From positions 124,403-188,402 of the forward strand of contig CAWHUW010000006.1 in the NCBI GenBank assembly GCA_963832655.1: 64,000 nt of DNA, in the 5' to 3' direction. The translations under genes and the position numbers were made by a program. Below the pieces are notes generated by a model. That model was not told the origin of the DNA and made no database searches. It saw nothing but the letters and a program-made list of their open reading frames with translations. Shown here in pieces: positions 1 to 10,390 of this stretch (within the stretch, counting starts at the first letter, position 1; each line of letters starts with the position of its first letter). The DNA comes from an uncultured Thermoleophilia bacterium. Lineage in GTDB: Bacteria; Actinomycetota; Thermoleophilia; UBA2241.

Positions 1-138
1 GACGGCGTCGCGCAGGCGCTGCCGCTGCTCGTCATCGACGTCGTGGTGATGGGCGTCGTGACGTTCGTCGCCGACGTGGTCCTCGTGATCGCCTACGTGC
101 ACGCCGTCGAGACGGGGAGGCTGCCACGTGCCCGCTGA
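1..138 (+). CDS. 3' end of an upstream membrane-protein gene (partial, starts outside window)
   Basis: Frame 1 is open from base 1 to TGA at 136-138. It encodes a hydrophobic tail (ALPLLVIDVVVMGVVTFVADVVLVIAYVHAV). Confidence 0.3.
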   Translation, partial: DGVAQALPLLVIDVVVMGVVTFVADVVLVIAYVHAVETGRLPRAR

Positions 139-526
139 CGAGCCCGAGATGCGGCACGCGGCTCCGCCGGCGCCGCCGGTCGCGGCGCACGAGCGCCGTG
201 TCGCCGTGCAGGTCGGCGACCTCTTCGGTCTCGACGTGCGCCCGAGCAGGACCTTCGTCTGGCTCGGGCGCCGGCGCGCCGGCAGCGAGGTGATCGTGTC
301 TCTCGGCGGCCCGCCGTCGGTGCCCCGGCGGCCGCTCGAGGAGCACACGACGCAGGTGGGCGCGGCGGAGATCACGTACGCCGGCAACCCGGCAGTGACG
401 GTGCCGCTGTCGGCGTACCGCGCGGCGCGCGAGGCGCTGCGCGACGCGCCGCGCGCCCACGCCCGTGACGCGAGGGCGACGGCGATTGGCAGTAGCCCCG
501 ACGGCACGTCCGTGCGACAATGCTGA
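128..526 (+). CDS. hypothetical protein
   Basis: 132-aa ORF with a GTG start overlapping the previous stop. No recognisable motif. Coding status is inferred only from position and length. Confidence 0.3.
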   Translation: MPADEPEMRHAAPPAPPVAAHERRVAVQVGDLFGLDVRPSRTFVWLGRRRAGSEVIVSLGGPPSVPRRPLEEHTTQVGAAEITYAGNPAVTVPLSAYRAAREALRDAPRAHARDARATAIGSSPDGTSVRQC

Positions 527-1462
527 TGGCCGTTGAGCACACGGGAGAAGTCCGATCCACACCTCGCGACCGTGACCGTAGAGCGCTCGAACAGACCTGT
601 CGCGGCACCCCGCCCAGGGCGCCCGGGCCACCGTCGCCGGACCCCTACAGGCAGGAGGTCCGGCGGCGGCGCTTCAAGGTGGCCATCGTTTCGGGCGTCG
701 TCCTGGTGCTCGTCGCTCTGCTCGCCGTCTGGGACGTGCGCTCGGCGGCCGCTCACTACGAGCGCGGACGGCAGGCGCTCGACGCGGAGCGGTACTCCGC
801 GGCGATACAGGAGTTCAACGCGGCTCGCATCCTCGCCTTCCCCTACCGTGACGCCGACACGCTGGCGGCCGAAGCGGCCGCGGCGCTCAACTCGGGCATG
901 ACGCAGGAGGCGAAGCGCCAGACTCGACTCGAGGCCGCCGTCCGCGCCAACATCAAGCTCGCCGACAAGAGTCTCATGAAGGGCGACGCCGCCGCCGCGG
1001 CGCGAGCCCTCACCGACGCCCGGGAGCGCGTGCCCGAGGGCGAGCTGTCCGGCGATTCCTTGACGCTGGCCCTCCTCCACGCGCTGGCGACGCGACTGAA
1101 CAACATGTGCCGCCGAGCACTTGCCGAGGGCCACTGGAGGACCGCCGCGATGTGCGCCCAGGCGCCGTTGGTGATCGACCCGGAGGACGCCGCCGCGCTC
1201 CGCTTCACCGCGAAAGCTCGTCGAGGCGCCGAGCATGCAGGCGCGGCTCGACGACGCCCGCGCGGCCGCCGACCGCGGACAGTGGAGACGAGCGCTGCGT
1301 CAGGCCACGGCCGTACTCGACGCCTGGCCCGGCTTCCCCGGCGCTGCATCCCTGGTCAGCGAGGCCAGGACGGCGCTGGCCCCCAAACCGACTCCGCCAC
1401 CGACCGCCGCCCCACCGACGACGGCGCCCACGCCCCCGCCGCCGGCACCGCCGCCCCCCTGA
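520..1462 (+). pseudogene. membrane-anchored helical-repeat (TPR-like) protein with Pro/Thr-rich tail; one frame change near 1210-1235
   Basis: The N-terminal part has a TM helix (FKVAIVSGVVLVLVALLAVW) and helical repeats (RYSAAIQEFNAARIL...). The sensible sequence continues in ORF 1235..1462 (ARLDDARAAADRGQWRRALRQATAVLDAWPGF...PTPPPTAAPP). Confidence 0.45.
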
Positions 1463-1799
1463 TCGATCGCACATCGATCACCATGTTCCGCACACGCACT
1501 CGACCGAGATCGACCGAGGTCACCATGGCGCCGCGGCAGCACGCGGAGCGGCACGACTGCCGCGACGCCGGTCATAGCGGTCGCGACCAGGCTCAGCCCA
1601 CCCGGTGGCTCGAGCAACATGAGGATCGTCGCGAGCAGCGGATGGGAGGTCGTCGGGAGCGACGACGGTGTGGGTTTCCCGCCCCCGCTGAGGCTCGCAT
1701 CAACGCGACCGTGCGGCACGGCGCGTCGTGGAGCCCGATCGTGACGGTCGTCGTGCGCTGAGCGGGGCGGCGCTAGGCGCGCGCCCCGCTCACCGCGCC

Positions 1800-3422
1800 C
1801 TACTCCCACTCGATCGTGCTCGGCGGCTTGCTCGAGACGTCGTACACGACGCGGTTGACCTCGGGCACCTCGTTGATGATGCGCGAGGAGACCTTCTCGA
1901 GCAGCTCGTACGGCAGCCGCGCCCAGTCGGCCGTCATGGCGTCGTCGCTCTTCACGGCGCGGATCGCGATGGGGTACGCGTAGGTGCGCTCGTCGCCCTG
2001 CACGCCGACGCTGCGGATGACGGGCAGGATCGCGAAGCACTGCCAGAGCTCGCGGTAGAGCCCGGCCTTCTTGACCTCGTCCTGGAGGATCGCGTCGGCG
2101 CGCTGCAGGATGTCGACGCGTTCGGCCGTGATCTCGCCGATGATGCGGATGCCGAGTCCGGGCCCCGGGAAGGGCTGCCGCCAGACGATGCGTTCCGGCA
2201 GCCCCAGCTCCTCGCCCACGGCGCGGACCTCGTCCTTGAACAGCAGGCGCAGCGGTTCGACGAGCTCGAAGCCCATCTTCTCGGGCAGCCCGCCGACGTT
2301 GTGGTGGCTCTTGATCTTGGCCGCCTGCCGGGTGCCGCTCTCGATGACGTCGCTGTACAAGGTGCCCTGCACGAGGAAGCGCGCGTCGGTGAGCTTGCGC
2401 GCCTCCTCCTCGAAGCAGCGGATGAACTCCTCGCCGATGATCTTGCGCTTGCGCTCGGGCTCGGTGACGCCGACCAGCTTGTCGAGGAAACGCTGCTTGG
2501 CGTCGACGGCGATGAGCGGGATGCCCAGATGCTCCTTGAACATCTCGACGACGTGCTCGGCCTCGTTCCAGCGCATCATGCCCTGGTCGATGAACACGCA
2601 GGTGAGACGGTCGCCGATCGCCTTGTGGACGAGGACGGCGGCGACCGACGAGTCGACCCCGCCGGAGAGGCCGAGGATCGCCTTGTCGGTCGGCCCCACC
2701 TGTTCGCGGATGCGCTTGACCTGCTCCTCGATGATCGAGGCCGGGGTCCAGCTGGGGGTGCAGTCGCAGGCCTCGTAGAGGAAGTTCTTGAGCACGTCCA
2801 TGCCGCGCGGGGTGTGCACGACCTCGGGATGGAACTGGACGGCGTAGAAGCCGCGCGCCCGGTCCTCCATGGCGGCGACCGGGGCGCGGTCGGTGGTCGC
2901 CAAGGTCGTGAATCCGTCCGGACCGGCGGCGATGCCGTCGCCGTGACTCATCCAGCACTGCTCCTCGTCGGCAAGGCCGTCGAGGAGCAGGCCGTTCGCG
3001 GTCACGCGCATCCCGGTCTTGCCGAACTCGCGCACGCCGGTCTTGGCGACCGTGCCGCCCAGCAGCTGGGCCATGAGCTGGGCGCCGTAGCAGATGCCGA
3101 GGATCGGGATGCCGAGCTCGAGGATTCGCGGGTCTGGCCGCGGGGCTCCCTCGACATAGACGCTCATCGGCCCGCCGGAGAAGATGAGTCCCTTCGGCCG
3201 GCGGGCCTTGATCTCGGCGATGGAGATGTCGTGCGGGACGAGCTGGGAGTAGACGCGGCACTCGCGCACGCGGCGGGCGATGAGCTGGCCGTACTGCGCC
3301 CCGAAATCGAGGACGAGGACGGCGTCAAACCCGCCCGCGTCGTCGGTGTAGGATCCCGCCGTCGCCGGCCCGGGTCCACCCGCCGTGTCGGTCACGCCAC
3401 CGTCCCCCCTTCGCCTCGTCAC
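1800..3422 (-). CDS. guaA: GMP synthase (glutamine-hydrolysing)
   Basis: 540-aa ORF with a GATase region ([27 protein letters not shown]), the PP-loop SGGVDSS, and the C-terminal PPSTIEWE typical of GuaA. An alternative GTG start at 3395 has a better SD. Confidence 0.95.
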   Translation of the reverse strand: MTRRRGDGGVTDTAGGPGPATAGSYTDDAGGFDAVLVLDFGAQYGQLIARRVRECRVYSQLVPHDISIAEIKARRPKGLIFSGGPMSVYVEGAPRPDPRILELGIPILGICYGAQLMAQLLGGTVAKTGVREFGKTGMRVTANGLLLDGLADEEQCWMSHGDGIAAGPDGFTTLATTDRAPVAAMEDRARGFYAVQFHPEVVHTPRGMDVLKNFLYEACDCTPSWTPASIIEEQVKRIREQVGPTDKAILGLSGGVDSSVAAVLVHKAIGDRLTCVFIDQGMMRWNEAEHVVEMFKEHLGIPLIAVDAKQRFLDKLVGVTEPERKRKIIGEEFIRCFEEEARKLTDARFLVQGTLYSDVIESGTRQAAKIKSHHNVGGLPEKMGFELVEPLRLLFKDEVRAVGEELGLPERIVWRQPFPGPGLGIRIIGEITAERVDILQRADAILQDEVKKAGLYRELWQCFAILPVIRSVGVQGDERTYAYPIAIRAVKSDDAMTADWARLPYELLEKVSSRIINEVPEVNRVVYDVSSKPPSTIEWE

Positions 3423-3437
3423 CCGGCCTGAGCCGGC

Positions 3438-4598
3438 TCAGCCCATCCCGACGTCTTGCTCCTTCTGCAGCTTCTTGCCCTCGGTCATCAGCGCCGGCGC
3501 GACCATGACCTCGGCCTTCTGGAACGACGTCAGGGTCTCGTAGCCGCAGGTCGCCATGGAGGTCTTGAGGGCGCCGAACAGGTTGAGCGTGCCGTCGTTC
3601 TCGTGCGCCGGGCCGGTGAGGATCTCGGCCAGACTGCCCTTGATCCCTGCCTTGACGCGCGTGCCGCGCGGGAGCTCGGGGTGGAAGGTCGCCATGCCCC
3701 AGTGGTAGCCCCGGCCCGGCGCCTCGGCGGCGGCCGCGAGCGGCGAGCCGATCATGACGGCGTCGGCGCCGAGGGCGATCGCCTTGGACACGTCGCCGCC
3801 GGTGCGCATGCCGCCGTCGGCGATGACGTTGCAGTACTGGCCGGTCTCGAGCAGGTGCTGCACGCGGGCAGCGGCGGCGTCGGCGATCGCCGTCGCCTGC
3901 GGCACGCCGATGCCGAGCACGCCGCGCGTCGTGCAGGCGTGGCCGGGGCCGACGCCGACGAGCACGCCGACGGCGCCGGTGCGCATGAGGTGCAGCGTCG
4001 TCGCGTAGGACGCGACGCCGCCGACGATCACCGGCACCGGGCAGCCGGCGATGAACTTCTTGAGGTCGAGCGGCTCGACCCTGGTCGAGACGTGCTCGGC
4101 CGAGACGACCGTGCCCTGGACGACGAGCACGTCGAGTCCGGCCTCGAGCGCGACCTTGTAGAACTGCTCGACGCGCTGCGGGGTGAGCGACGCGGCGGCG
4201 AGCACGCCGCCGTCCTTGATCTCCTTGACGCGGCGCGCGATGAGCTCGGCCTTGAGCGGCTCCAGGTAGATCTCCTGCATGGTCCGCGTCGCCGTCTCCT
4301 TGGGGAGGGAGGCGATGCGGTCGAGCTGCTCGTCGGCGTTCTCGTAGCGCGCCCAGAGGCCCTCGAGGTTGAGGACGGCGAGACCACCGATGCGACCCAT
4401 CTCGACGGCGAACGACGGGCTCACGACGCCGTCCATGGCCGAGGCCAGGCACGGGATGCGCAGGGTGTGCGGGCCGAGCTTCCAGGTGATGTCGACGTCT
4501 TCGGCGTCGCGCGTGCGCCGGCTGGGCACGATGGCGATGTCGTCGAAGCCGTACGCGCGCCGGCCCTTCTTGCCGCGTCCGATCTCTACGTCCATGCG
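3438..4598 (-). CDS. guaB3: IMP dehydrogenase-family protein, GuaB3-type (no CBS insert)
   Basis: [30 protein letters not shown]... has TIM-barrel IMPDH motifs ([21 protein letters not shown]). SD GAAGGAGG lies 5 nt before the ATG at 4598. The gene is adjacent to guaA. Confidence 0.85.
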   Translation of the reverse strand, partial: RMDVEIGRGKKGRRAYGFDDIAIVPSRRTRDAEDVDITWKLGPHTLRIPCLASAMDGVVSPSFAVEMGRIGGLAVLNLEGLWARYENADEQLDRIASLPKETATRTMQEIYLEPLKAELIARRVKEIKDGGVLAAASLTPQRVEQFYKVALEAGLDVLVVQGTVVSAEHVSTRVEPLDLKKFIAGCPVPVIVGGVASYATTLHLMRTGAVGVLVGVGPGHACTTRGVLGIGVPQATAIADAAAARVQHLLETGQYCNVIADGGMRTGGDVSKAIALGADAVMIGSPLAAAAEAPGRGYHWGMATFHPELPRGTRVKAGIKGSLAEILTGPAHENDGTLNLFGALKTSMATCGYETLTSFQKAEVMVAPALMTEGKKLQKEQDVGMG

Positions 4599-4626
4599 AT
4601 CCTCCTTCGTGGGCCGCGTGCGAAGG

Positions 4627-4660
4627 TAAACAAAAGACCCGGGCACGGCCGTACCGGGGT
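4627..4660 (-). terminator. intrinsic terminator downstream of pfkB
   Basis: On the minus strand, gaccccggtacggccgtgcccgggtc forms an 11-pair hairpin with one mismatch. It is followed by ttttgttt. Confidence 0.6.
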
Positions 4661-4813
4661 CTCGAAGTCCTGTGGTGTGCTCTTGAGAACGCCTGCGCTG
4701 TGTCGTGTCAACGTCGCCCGATGCTACCAGCGGCCCCAGAGGCGGTCAACAGCGAGTCGCGACACGTCCCGCGAGAGATCTCGGCCACTCGCACAAGGGC
4801 CGCGAAGCGGCGC

Positions 4814-5773
4814 TCAGCCCGCGGCGCCGCGCTCGAGCTCGACCACTTCGGCCGTCGCGGCGAAGCGCCGCGCCTGCTCGGGGTCGAGCACGCCGGCGCC
4901 GAAGAGCTGCGTGTTCGCGGCGCCGGCGGCGAGGGCGGCGCGGAGGCAGTCCGGCAGCTCGCGCCGCGACATGCGCGCGTCGAGGAACCCGGCGAGGAAC
5001 GCGTCGCCCGAGCCGACCGTGCTGACGAGCGCCTCGAGCTCCTCGATGGTCGCCCGGAAGACGTCGGAGCGGCGTCCCCTGGTGAAGCGGGCGATGCAAC
5101 CGTGGGTGGTCTTGACGATGACGTTGCGCGCCCCGAGCTCGCAGATCGCCGCGGTGGCGTCGACGATGTCCTGCTCGTCGTGGAACTCGTGGCCGACGAG
5201 GTCCTCGGCCTCGCGCACGTTGGGCGTGACCAGGTGCGGCCGGGCGCGCACGCCGCGGTGCAGCGGCTCGCCGTAGCTGTCGAGGACGAGGTAGCAGCGA
5301 TACCGGCGCAGGCGCTGCATCGCGGTGGCGTAGAAAGCCTCCGGGACCTTGCGCGGGAGCGAACCGGCGAGCACGAGGACGCTGGCGCCCTTGGCGAGGA
5401 AGTCGATCTTGTCGAGCAGGCCCTCGAGTTCGGCCGGCGTGACGACCGGTCCGTACTCGATGACCTCGGTCTGCGACATCGTCGTGGGGTCGACGACGAC
5501 GGTGGAGGTACGCGACTCGCCGGCGATGTGGACGACGTCGTTGAGGATGTTCTCCCGCGTGAGACCCTCGACGATCTGCTGCCCGGCGCGCCCTCCCACG
5601 AGCCCTGTCACCACCACAGGCTGGCCGAGGTTCTTGAGCGCCCGCGCGACGTTGACCCCCTTGCCGCCCGGCAGCGTCAAGCTGTCGCTGGCGCGGTGGC
5701 GGAACCCCGTCTGGAAGTTGGGGACCGTCAGCGTCTTGTCGATGGCGGCGTTGGGTGTGACGGTGATGATCAC
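4814..5773 (-). CDS. 1-phosphofructokinase-family (PfkB) sugar kinase
   Basis: VIITVTPNAAIDKT...LPGGKGVNVARAL...VGSGDAFLAGF are PfkB/FruK signatures. A GTG start at 5773 with a GAAAAGG SD is preferred over the longer ORF start at 5893. Confidence 0.8.
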   Translation of the reverse strand: MIITVTPNAAIDKTLTVPNFQTGFRHRASDSLTLPGGKGVNVARALKNLGQPVVVTGLVGGRAGQQIVEGLTRENILNDVVHIAGESRTSTVVVDPTTMSQTEVIEYGPVVTPAELEGLLDKIDFLAKGASVLVLAGSLPRKVPEAFYATAMQRLRRYRCYLVLDSYGEPLHRGVRARPHLVTPNVREAEDLVGHEFHDEQDIVDATAAICELGARNVIVKTTHGCIARFTRGRRSDVFRATIEELEALVSTVGSGDAFLAGFLDARMSRRELPDCLRAALAAGAANTQLFGAGVLDPEQARRFAATAEVVELERGAAG

Positions 5774-5899
5774 GTGGCGACCTTTTCTGGACCCGGCGTG
5801 ACGAAGCCGGCGCTCGTGTGCCCCGCGCCGGCTCCTGTGCGGGCAGAGAGTATAGCACCGTGCGACGCACCGGCGCGGCCAAAGGGCCTGCACCTCGCC

Positions 5900-5929
5900 T
5901 TGACACCGGCCTCGCGGCGGGAGTACGTT
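5900..5929 (+). promoter_or_regulatory. candidate promoter for the M-box leader
   Basis: TTGACA (5900-5905), an 18-nt spacer, then TACGTT (5924-5929), about 25 nt upstream of the riboswitch. Confidence 0.35.
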
Positions 5930-5952
5930 GCGGGGGCGTCACACCATGGCGC

Positions 5953-6117
5953 AATCCTCGTTAGGTGAGGCTCCGGCACACATAGAGGCCGTTGCCCGGA
6001 AACGTCGAGAGACGCCGACGGGTAGGACAGGCACTACCGGCTCAAGGTTTTGCCCCAAACGGCTGAGGCCCTGACCTCTACGGTGTGCTGTGCTAAAGCT
6101 TGTGGACGAGTGAGGAT
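5953..6117 (+). promoter_or_regulatory. M-box (ykoK-type) Mg2+ riboswitch
   Basis: Contains the conserved M-box blocks cgttaggtgaggctcc, tgcccggaaacgtcg, gacgccgacggg..gacag and gtgctaaagct. A closing P1 pairs atcctcg with cgagtgaggat. It sits directly upstream of Mg-transport genes. Confidence 0.85.
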
Positions 6118-6210
6118 CCAAGCTTGCTGCGCGTACGGAGCCTTCCGCGAGGGAGGCTCGTTTCGTTGAGGCGGCCGTCACGGCCCGTCGCATGGGAGGA
6201 GGTGAGGCGG

Positions 6211-7461
6211 ATGTTCTTCATCAGCAGGCTGCTCGGCAGCTCCGTCAAGGACGTCGAGGACAAGGCGGCCGGGAGCCTGCACGACGTGGTCGTGAGCACC
6301 CGGCCCGCGTACCCGCGCGTCACCGCGCTCGCCATCAAGCGACGCGGCAAGATCGTGTTCGCGCCGTGGGACGCGGTCTCGAGCTTCGAGGAGTCGGGCA
6401 CGCTGCTGCGCCTGGCGGCCGCCGACCTCCAGCCGCGCGAGCTCGTGCGCGACGAGCTGCTGCTCGCGGGCGCCTTTCTCGACAAGCAGCTCGTCGACAC
6501 CGAGGGCCGCAAGGTGATCCGTGTCAACGACATCCAGCTCGTGCGCACGGGCCAGCACGTGCACGTCGCGGCGGTGGACGTGTCGAGCGGCGCGATCATG
6601 CGCCGCGTCGGGCTCGCGCGCGTGAGCGAGCGGCTCACCAAGGGGCGGCAGAAGCCGCGGCCCCGGCTGATCGACTGGCGTGACGTCGACCTCGAGCAGA
6701 CCGACGACAGCTCGGTCCGCCTGACCGTGCCGCGCACCAGGCTCGAGCTCCTCCACCCCGCCGACATCGCCGACCTCGTGCACGAGCTCTCTCCCGAGGA
6801 GCGCGCCGCCGTGCTCGACGCCCTCGACGACGAGGTCGCCGCCGACGCCTTCGAGGAACTGCACCCGTCGTTCCAGGCGTCGATGCTGCTCGACATGCCC
6901 GACGACAGGGCCAGCGAACTCCTCGGCGACATGTCGCCCGACGACGCAGCCGACCTGCTGGCCGACCTGCCGGACGAGCGCCGCGCGCACCTCATGGCCA
7001 TGCTCGAGAAGGAGGACGCCGAGGACCTGCGGGAGCTGCTCAGCTACCCCGAGGACTCGGCCGGCGGCATCATGACCCCGGACTTCGCCTGGGTGAAGCT
7101 CGACGCCACGGCGGCCGAGGCCCTCGAGAGCCTGCGCGCGCAGGACGAGGAGGTCGAGACCGTCTACTACATCTACGTGCTCGACCGCTCCGAGAAGCTG
7201 CGCGGCGTCTTCTCGCTGCGCCAGCTGCTGATGGCCCCGCCCGAACGCAAGGTGCGCGACTTCATGACCGAGAACCCGGTCGCGGTGCGCACCGACGCGG
7301 GGGAGGAGGAGGTCACCCAGGTCATCGCCAAGTACAACCTCCTCGCTCTGCCCGTCGTGGACGAGGAGGAGCGCCTGCACGGCATCATCACGATCGACGA
7401 CGCGATCGACCTGGTGCTGCCGCTGGCGTGGAAGAAGCGCCTGCCGAGGATCTTCCATTGA
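6211..7461 (+). CDS. soluble PRC-barrel / MgtE N-terminal / CBS-pair protein (MgtE cytosolic module without the membrane domain)
   Basis: ATG at 6211 follows the SD GGAGGAGG. The acidic MgtE_N region is LSPEERAAVLDALDDEVAADAFEEL...DMSPDDAADLLADLPDE. A CBS pair follows (GGIMTPDFAWV..., VRDFMTENPVAV...LPVVDEEERLHGIITIDD). There are no TM helices. Confidence 0.8.
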   Translation: MFFISRLLGSSVKDVEDKAAGSLHDVVVSTRPAYPRVTALAIKRRGKIVFAPWDAVSSFEESGTLLRLAAADLQPRELVRDELLLAGAFLDKQLVDTEGRKVIRVNDIQLVRTGQHVHVAAVDVSSGAIMRRVGLARVSERLTKGRQKPRPRLIDWRDVDLEQTDDSSVRLTVPRTRLELLHPADIADLVHELSPEERAAVLDALDDEVAADAFEELHPSFQASMLLDMPDDRASELLGDMSPDDAADLLADLPDERRAHLMAMLEKEDAEDLRELLSYPEDSAGGIMTPDFAWVKLDATAAEALESLRAQDEEVETVYYIYVLDRSEKLRGVFSLRQLLMAPPERKVRDFMTENPVAVRTDAGEEEVTQVIAKYNLLALPVVDEEERLHGIITIDDAIDLVLPLAWKKRLPRIFH

Positions 7462-7471
7462 GGAGGCCTCG

Positions 7472-8740
7472 ATGGCGCAACTTCGCCGCACCCTGAACCG
7501 GCGCGTCGTCCGCCGGGTCGGCCGGACCCGTCTGCTGATCGCCCTGTCGATGCTCGGCCCCGGCCTGATCGCCGCCAACGCCGGCAACGACGCCGGCGGC
7601 ATCACCACCTGGTCGGTGATCGGCTCGCGCTACGGCTACAGCATGGTGTGGCTCCTGGTCGTCCTCACCCCCGTGCTGGCCATCGTGCAGGAGATGAACG
7701 CCCGCGTCGGGGTCGTGACCGGACGCGGGCTCGCCGGGCTCATCCGCGAGAACTTCAGCCTCAAGGTGACCGCCCTCGCGATCCTCGCCACGGCGCTCGC
7801 CAACTTCGGCACGACCGTGGCGGAGTTCTCGGGCATCGCCGCTGCCGGCAAGCTCTTCCACGTGCCGACCTACGTCGCCGTCCCCGTGCTTGCCATGGCC
7901 GTCTGGTTCCTCATCACCCGAGGGTCGTATCGCAAGGTGGAACGCGTGCTCCTGGCCCTGGGGTTCGTCCTCGTCACCTACGTGGTCTCGGGCCTCATCG
8001 CCGGGCCCGACTGGGGTGAGGCGCTGCGCGGGGCGACCGTGCCGCGGCCCGAGCTGGACTCGCTCTGGGTCTTCACGGTCATCGCCGCCGTGGGCACCAC
8101 GCTCACCCCGTGGGGCCAGTTCTTCATCCAGGCGGCGGTCGTCGACAGAAAGACGACGCTCAAGCAGTACGTCTACACGAAGTACGAGATCTACGCCGGC
8201 TCGGTGATCATGACGAGCATCGACTTCTTCATCGTCGTCGCCTGCGCCTCCGTGCTGTACAAGGAGGGCATCGTCGTCGAATCGGCCCAGGAGGCGGCGA
8301 TGGCCCTCGAGCCACTGCTCGGGACCCTCGCCCGCTACCTCTTCGGCCTCGGCCTGCTCGCGGTCTCGATCCTCGCCGCCGGGGTCCTGCCGCTCGCCAC
8401 CGCCTACGTCGTCTGCGAGGCCTTCGGCTTCGAGTCCGGGCTCGACACCTCGTTCCGCGAGGCGCCGGTCTTCAACGGCATCATCACCTTCTTCATGTTC
8501 GTGCCGGCGGCCGTGGCGATGATCCCGGGCCTGCCGCTGGTGAAGGTGATCCTGGTCGCGCAGACGCTCAACGGCGTGCTCCTGCCGGTGATCCTGCTGT
8601 TCACGCTGAGCATGATCAACAACCCCCGGGTCATGGGCGAGCACGTCAACGGACCCGTGCGCAACGCCATCGCCTGGACGTTCTCAGTCGTGTTGATCGG
8701 GCTGAGCGCGATGCTCGTGCTGTCGCCGCTGTTCACGTAG
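7472..8740 (+). CDS. NRAMP-related transporter, probable Mg2+ type (NRMT-like)
   Basis: 422-aa polytopic protein with NRAMP TM1 context LGPGLIAANAGNDAGG. The canonical DPGN is replaced by DAGG. TM6 reads GTTLTPW instead of the canonical MPH-containing motif. It starts 10 nt after the MgtE-N gene and lies behind the M-box. Confidence 0.8.
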   Translation: MAQLRRTLNRRVVRRVGRTRLLIALSMLGPGLIAANAGNDAGGITTWSVIGSRYGYSMVWLLVVLTPVLAIVQEMNARVGVVTGRGLAGLIRENFSLKVTALAILATALANFGTTVAEFSGIAAAGKLFHVPTYVAVPVLAMAVWFLITRGSYRKVERVLLALGFVLVTYVVSGLIAGPDWGEALRGATVPRPELDSLWVFTVIAAVGTTLTPWGQFFIQAAVVDRKTTLKQYVYTKYEIYAGSVIMTSIDFFIVVACASVLYKEGIVVESAQEAAMALEPLLGTLARYLFGLGLLAVSILAAGVLPLATAYVVCEAFGFESGLDTSFREAPVFNGIITFFMFVPAAVAMIPGLPLVKVILVAQTLNGVLLPVILLFTLSMINNPRVMGEHVNGPVRNAIAWTFSVVLIGLSAMLVLSPLFT

Positions 8741-8800
8741 GGCGAGGGGCCCGCGTCGCAGGCTGAGGCGGCCGAAGCCGACCGGCCGCGATGCCGCGCC

Positions 8801-9757
8801 TCAGGACCCGTCGACGCGGTCGTGCGAGCGCGGCTCGATGTGGACGAGGACGTCCGCGTTGGGGACGCAGGCGCGGATGTCGGCGGCGATGTGCTCGGCC
8901 ACCTCGTGCGCCTCGCCGACGCTGAGCGACTCGTCGACCGTCACGTGCAGGTCGATGTGCCGGCGGCTGCCGGCCCTGCGCGCGCGCAGCCGGTGGTAGC
9001 CGGAGATGATCGTCCCCTCGTGGTCGCGGATGCAGCGACGGATCTCCTCGAGCTCGTCCGGCTCCAGGGTCTCGTCGAGCAGGACGCGCGTCGACCCAGC
9101 GACGAGCCGGTAGCCGGTGCTCACGATCAGGCCGGCGACGGCGATGGCGGCGACCGGGTCGATCCACTCGATGCCCGTGAGCTGCACCAGCAGGAGGCCG
9201 AAGGCGACGCCGAACGACGTGTATACATCGGTCTGCAGATGCGCGGCGTCCGCCTCGAGCGCGGCCGACTGCGTCCGCCGCGCCACCGGATAGAGCACGC
9301 CGCGCGACACGATCAGGTTGACGACGCCCGAGACGAGCATGACGGCGATGCCCAGCCAGACGTGGTCGATGCTCACCCCGTCGATGAGCTTGTGGACCGC
9401 TTCGACGATGATGACGACGGCGGCGGCGATGATGAGCAGGGCCTCGGCGACGCCGGAGAGGTTCTCGACCTTCTCGTGCCCGTAGTGGTGACGCTCGTCG
9501 GGAGGCTGGGCGGCGCGGCGCACGGCGAAGAAGGCGATCAGCGCGGCGACGAGGTCCGAACCAGAGTGGAGCGCCTCGGAGATGATGGCGATGGAGCCCG
9601 AGAGGATGCCGGCGACGAGCTTGAAGACGATGAGGACGGAGTTGGAGGCGATCGAGATCGCCGCCGCGCGCGACTTCAGCGCATGGTTCGTCAGGTCGTC
9701 GTGCGGTCGCGGCTTCGAGGTGACTTCAGCGGTGCTGCGCGGCCCCGTCTTGCCCAT
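8801..9757 (-). CDS. cation diffusion facilitator (CDF) family transporter
   Basis: From MGKTG: [34 protein letters not shown]...HHYGHEKVE...HLQTDVYTS, then a C-terminal cytoplasmic domain. The upstream part of the 395-aa ORF is Arg/Pro-rich noise. Confidence 0.85.
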   Translation of the reverse strand: MGKTGPRSTAEVTSKPRPHDDLTNHALKSRAAAISIASNSVLIVFKLVAGILSGSIAIISEALHSGSDLVAALIAFFAVRRAAQPPDERHHYGHEKVENLSGVAEALLIIAAAVVIIVEAVHKLIDGVSIDHVWLGIAVMLVSGVVNLIVSRGVLYPVARRTQSAALEADAAHLQTDVYTSFGVAFGLLLVQLTGIEWIDPVAAIAVAGLIVSTGYRLVAGSTRVLLDETLEPDELEEIRRCIRDHEGTIISGYHRLRARRAGSRRHIDLHVTVDESLSVGEAHEVAEHIAADIRACVPNADVLVHIEPRSHDRVDGS

Positions 9758-10380
9758 CCAGCAGTCCCTCCCGTCGCAAGCGTTCGAGGAGGGCCCTCCC
9801 GGCCAGAGCGCGGTGACTGGCCTGGTCCTTCTGCTCCTGCGGCCACTGGGCCACAGTGAGGTCTGACCCCTCGGGGACGAAGACGGGGTCGTACCCGAAC
9901 CCGCCCTCACCGCGCGGCGCCTCGGCGATGGCGCCCCACCAGTATCCCGTCGCCGCGTATTCTCGCATCGCGGGCGTGACCGCGACAAGCGAGCAGACGA
10001 AGCGCGCCCGGCGGGCGAGGGGGCCGGCGGAGCCGGCGAGCTCGCCCAGGAGGCGCGCGACGTTGGCCTGTCGGCGCCGGGCCCGTCGACGCCCGCGTAG
10101 CGGGCGCTCGTGACGCCCGGCGCCCACCCCAGGGCCTCGACCTCGAGGCCCGAGTCGTCGGCGAAGAAGAGGAGGTCGTCGCGCTCGCCGGCGCCGCGGT
10201 CGCGCGGTCACGGCCTCGGCCAGGGCGACGCGCCTTGACGCGCGCGTTGGCGGCGAACGACTCCGTGCCCTCCGGCGGGAGATCGATGCCCTCGGGCATG
10301 GCGGTCACGTCGTGCGGGGCGAGGATGGCGCGGAACTCCCCCAGCTTGTGGCGGTTGCCGCTGGCGAGGACGAAGCGCAC
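9726..10380 (-). pseudogene. rdgB: dITP/XTP pyrophosphatase (RdgB/HAM1), three frame changes
   Basis: MRFVLASGNRHKLGEFRAIL (frame a) is followed by ALAEAVTA (frame b). [26 protein letters not shown] follows in frame c. [12 protein letters not shown]...FGYDPVF...SHRA returns to frame b. All four pieces were read from the DNA at 10060-10240. Confidence 0.8.
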
Positions 10381-10390
10381 GCGCCGCGCC

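Noticed and set aside
1300-3431. Long ORFs 1300..3261 (-, 653 aa) and 1728..3431 (+, 567 aa) overlapping guaA
   Set aside because: Arg/Pro/Ala/Gly-rich translations are typical of off-frame and antisense shadow ORFs in high-GC DNA. The guaA frame explains the region.
3456-5276. 606-aa plus-strand ORF
   Set aside because: It is antisense to guaB3 and pfkB, has a low-complexity composition and shows no recognisable motifs.
6178-8644. ORFs 6178..7608 (-, 476 aa) and 7388..8644 (-, 418 aa)
   Set aside because: They are antisense shadows of the MgtE-N and NRMT genes. Their His/Asp/Gly/Arg-rich composition mirrors the sense-strand codons.
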